Made by a program: the position numbers and the translations under genes
IMG/VR virus record: IMGVR_UViG_3300010362_000009
Location: 1-41,101 of that record
DNA length: 41,101 nt
Reading direction: 5' to 3' (one strand)
From: a virus
Lineage: Duplodnaviria; Caudoviricetes
Shown: positions 40,201-41,101 of the stretch, in pieces
Position numbering within the stretch: position 1 is the first letter of the stretch
Layout of the letters: each line of letters opens with the position of its first letter
Notes under the pieces: generated by a model
Database searches by the model: none
Seen by the model: the letters and a program-made list of their open reading frames with translations, nothing else
What the model was told of the DNA's origin: nothing

Positions 40201-41101
40201 AGGCGGAGCGCGCCGCGGCAGCGGCGAACCGGAAGGCGAAGGTCCGCTCGGCGCCCGAAGAGCTCCTGAGCGCGCTACGCGCCGAGCTCAAAGCCGAGCA
40301 GGACAATTTCGCCAAGCGCAAAGATACCTGGGAGACGATGGCGTTTTGGGACTCGAAGCAGTTCGAGAACGCGATGGCGAAGCGGACTGCGTTCCGCGGC
40401 CAGCTTTACATCGAGCAGCAGCGCAAGGTTGCCAACATCGCCGCGAAGCAGGCCGAAAAGGACGCGGCTCGAGCGTTCGACCAGGAGCTCCAGCGGCGCG
40501 GCAATCAGCAGGCCAAGGCAGAGAAGCTGCTCGAGGCGATCGGCGGTCGCGAAGTGACGACCGATATGCTTCGCAACTTCGTCGCGGCGATGGCTGATCC
40601 CGCTCCTGATGCTGCCGCCAAGTTCCTGAAGGGCATGGCGAAGCCGTCGAATTGGGCTCGGGCGTCGATCATTCGCCTGGCAGGACTCCTGTCTGGGCCG
40701 ATAACCCACGCCGCAAACATGGGTGGCAATACGGCTCGAGCGGTCGTGGAAGTGCCAGTTCATGCGACCGCGATCGGCATTGATGCCGCGCGTGCTGCGG
40801 TCACTGGCGGCGAGCGTCAGGCATATATGGCTGAGCTCCTGCCAATGGTCAAAGCCTGGTCGCCAGGGTTCTACGCGCAGCTACCCAATGCGCTGCGCGT
40901 GCTCAAGACCGGCATCGATCCGCGCGAAGCGGCAGACCTGTCCAAAGTGCGGGCGGGCTTCGGCGTCAACCCGGTCGTGGATGCCACGATGGAAATGCCG
41001 CTGCGGGCGCTGAAAGCGGAAGACGTGCTGTTCCGCGGCGCCGCGTACGCCATGCACGCGCAGCGTGTGGCGACCAGGGAGGCGATCAAGGAAGGCTTTA
41101 C
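34209..41101 (+). CDS. Giant multidomain virion/ejection protein (continues to 1468; ~2,745 aa) with M23 peptidase and lytic transglycosylase domains
   Basis: Frame read from GTG 34209; the ORF track lists no stop-terminated ORF in this frame. HRGVD...YMHL...PHLHYEV (M23, ~34690-34970); AIMDTENGG...GALGFMQV...NITRGAEIL...AAAYFG (SLT, ~35150-35420). Confidence 0.9.
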   Translation, partial: MVGTILKDDLQSSIEDQLQNYARGLQQTGQGVGQQVGDTLEDLQRAGRAKLQDVQNLLSDYATQQYNAQQEAQRLAEQQRQQQQAAVQQQLSDYATQLQQPQQTQPGVAQPADVAGVAPQPAAMPHSEEPATASDQRLGSKWKTQFDFGATYTGDYRTGTPHRGVDLVPSNGQGIGTEVDAFAPGTVTNVFRDPGGAGGLIVYVKDADGLTHAYMHLNSANVQVGQHVDRGTQIATMGESGTEGSPHLHYEVRKNEASGDPLDQLIDPRPYEAGTRQPTGGPQGAVANAATQVTTTAQNVVGQAVQGASDRVRGQWDAITKAAQSTGVPQAVISAIMDTENGGPRSESSAGALGFMQVLRSWFKPGEDPFDPLTNITRGAEILRDNFSRWGSWDKAAAAYFGAIDNQGNITGARDATGTSGNQYVNTFQNNLQKYGGAGPLGEDQGNPPPMYVGDQTAPQAKPPIVSNTPEAQSPMAQLQGLQDQLDALRNQLIQVNKPPLAEGAPARQAIGQTFSDIGSGAQSLYQQAYGTPEQAQARQQQQLAEIQRLNEESNRRATEQVQNLPGSLPGIVAGGIWNVFANPSMGITWDQYQAQQSAKNKWIEDNNPARDVLLVGGLTSGIAQQLTDPLQVLTFGPTFGAGRAIGAGLGETIAQQAGRVLTPEATRFVSGVAERLTSGALANGVQNLLFDAERPDSTLESKVQAFASGAALGGLMDVTTPPVRDALAKVLRPTLERLPELLRARQRGEVDLGLITTGEPTERPTPPRPPDRIVEPLMLPNVTREPSAPPERPVAGVQRLPTYLPAGAPEAGFEALARQSREAAPDNRAHIDLNTVPKDILPFTADPLEAQQEGMVKLNPGGMPHTDDLRALWEANQHKRSFYTDQGDEAANIVGPDNTGEFFTLNAINSILTRVNSQVAESIQAAGLVRKVAREGRAAGLSASEIRQNILDAIADPKQNPITGKAVNAKRNSQIEGYSTGGAPVTSGAKTSSFAGNYTSAEGRFFDPRITNDLHNWRLMNVSADEIPSLRKNQRTGEMEWFIDRPHEQNVANNDRAYRGTESVIGELAREYGVDGYAMQSGLWDGMRSIQRDPEVLRLWQQGHFRDAIELGKQRDLFRAVNPDMEFSGDVKQVMDSMPVRRALEQYGQYLKDPLPPELGISGVERTYRGKRLGRSSKTSPAAKPSNLAFREEQRPYAEASAPLVQGLDQATAERLGYDPQRGIFPWLEASHRVVPVAPDEYAVHLPAGNEDTARYVAAQVGQASNAERVRIHVPDYRAGDIVGVGARGTPDQVGRLQAALDNMGITSIVGTGKRSLQVPLERVGDTRTLNAVQDAAISIGFPEDQVGTYTGRTSDVPRSAYAATSAELAPTFAPTSAERSDLLQRGLGAVPAQRGPPAVVRGRQRGESYLPFTLNVGGAVAGGYAGNVATPESASPEERLRNIGLGATAGLLGTAAITRGGLRPALERAGRESEGFRAPEARQGPELRATTQEPPGGPTERPTTVGGREPRSLEEVHSNPYALREAQPNETPMTPDEMFDYGGELEQRMQDVQNRRDAIDEAIRNPGQKIERPRWAGGLTNLQVAEIARRAGASPYEEGWYDRVGLEQGSGEVRDVLRESGITDIPKLRQRELSPAELRAERTRLDREIQDITSAYDQMTNAPAEPNLVRVQGAEEAARAAAPEPLPFDTGAPEPVTPGEAQGGMDEGARLAQEIVLSKGRGTIRSGVGTVSGEFGRVRATALVSSEAIKRATETPPSARTAANMPNLDALLEGEPEIAAQIRQAAEDNPDLFEAYRQGVISMDSLRNDLAKRVGMTVQDWNKTKIGQGFNPEELMALQAAAVEQAGRMMDTAEAIIAKGGVDNLSPEELVFSAGTLADANKILAVARGGRTTAGRTLNALKQRFDRTLASDITAANERKAAQQTAQQARRAAARATTVLAKGRELEREATTAKAEASRNGAPKNILEQIDQAYAELDRYNAMTLHEKGAEFDRLKAERAAAAANRKAKVRSAPEELLSALRAELKAEQDNFAKRKDTWETMAFWDSKQFENAMAKRTAFRGQLYIEQQRKVANIAAKQAEKDAARAFDQELQRRGNQQAKAEKLLEAIGGREVTTDMLRNFVAAMADPAPDAAAKFLKGMAKPSNWARASIIRLAGLLSGPITHAANMGGNTARAVVEVPVHATAIGIDAARAAVTGGERQAYMAELLPMVKAWSPGFYAQLPNALRVLKTGIDPREAADLSKVRAGFGVNPVVDATMEMPLRALKAEDVLFRGAAYAMHAQRVATREAIKEGF
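38275..38586 (+). CDS. Candidate overprinted gene in the +1 frame of the giant gene, 103 aa
   Basis: GGGAGG (38265-38270) then GTG; the GC3 bias moves to this frame over 38341-38433. Confidence 0.45.
   Translation: MTFQDQPTPPPAPSSRRPLRPLPPNDPIYSSGAWVLFPRNADRPPSSAVGNGASPTFRSPSMSEAPSPVAMPETSPPPSQPVQRNGSATSGSELPQGYSEPQP
40979..41101. repeat. Terminal direct repeat, copy 2 (identical to 1-123)
   Basis: Exact match to the window start. Confidence 0.95.

Noticed and set aside
40979-41101. 123-bp end repeat as a biological terminal repeat
   Set aside because: It lies mid-gene with no promoter or packaging features, and is best explained as assembler overlap on a circular or permuted genome
1-41101. 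tRNA genes, integrase/att site, and GAGGAG avoidance as another restriction signal
   Set aside because: No cloverleaf or recombinase motifs seen; GAGGAG/CTCCTC does occur (19252, 30071) and its rarity may simply reflect internal-SD avoidance

Overview
The window looks like a complete, circularly permuted, high-GC tailed-phage genome. Bases 40979-41101 repeat bases 1-123 exactly, giving a unit length of 40,978 bp. There is no tape measure, tail tube or sheath. Large ejection-type proteins, an adaptor-like and a nozzle-like protein, and an S74-chaperoned fibre point to a short-tailed (podovirus-like) particle. No integrase, repressor cassette, tRNA or CRISPR array was recognised. A peptidase-type lysin with no recognisable spanins, together with leaderless sigma70-type promoters, suggests a monoderm high-GC host (inference only). 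Layout: terS - [antisense two-gene insert] - terL - portal - a ~2,745-aa virion protein that crosses the window junction and is only partly in the ORF track (M23 peptidase, lytic transglycosylase and further domains) - two more ejection-type proteins - scaffold - major capsid - decoration and tail genes - lysis genes. These are followed by a leftward early operon (16.7-20.8 kb) and a rightward DNA-metabolism operon (20.9-29.4 kb). Most notable observations: (1) a single-chain AEP primase + SF4-like helicase + 3'-5' exonuclease/family-A polymerase with non-canonical catalytic motifs, origin-like repeats in its linkers and a probable antisense RNA in its leader; (2) a lysin apparently assembled by a -1 frameshift at C_CCT_TTC_TGA; (3) three near-identical leaderless promoters, one driving a self-contained antisense cassette between terS and terL; (4) a probable overprinted gene inside the giant virion gene; (5) apparent absence of RGATCY, CTGCAG and CGGCCG. 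All family assignments come from motifs recognised by eye, not from database searches.
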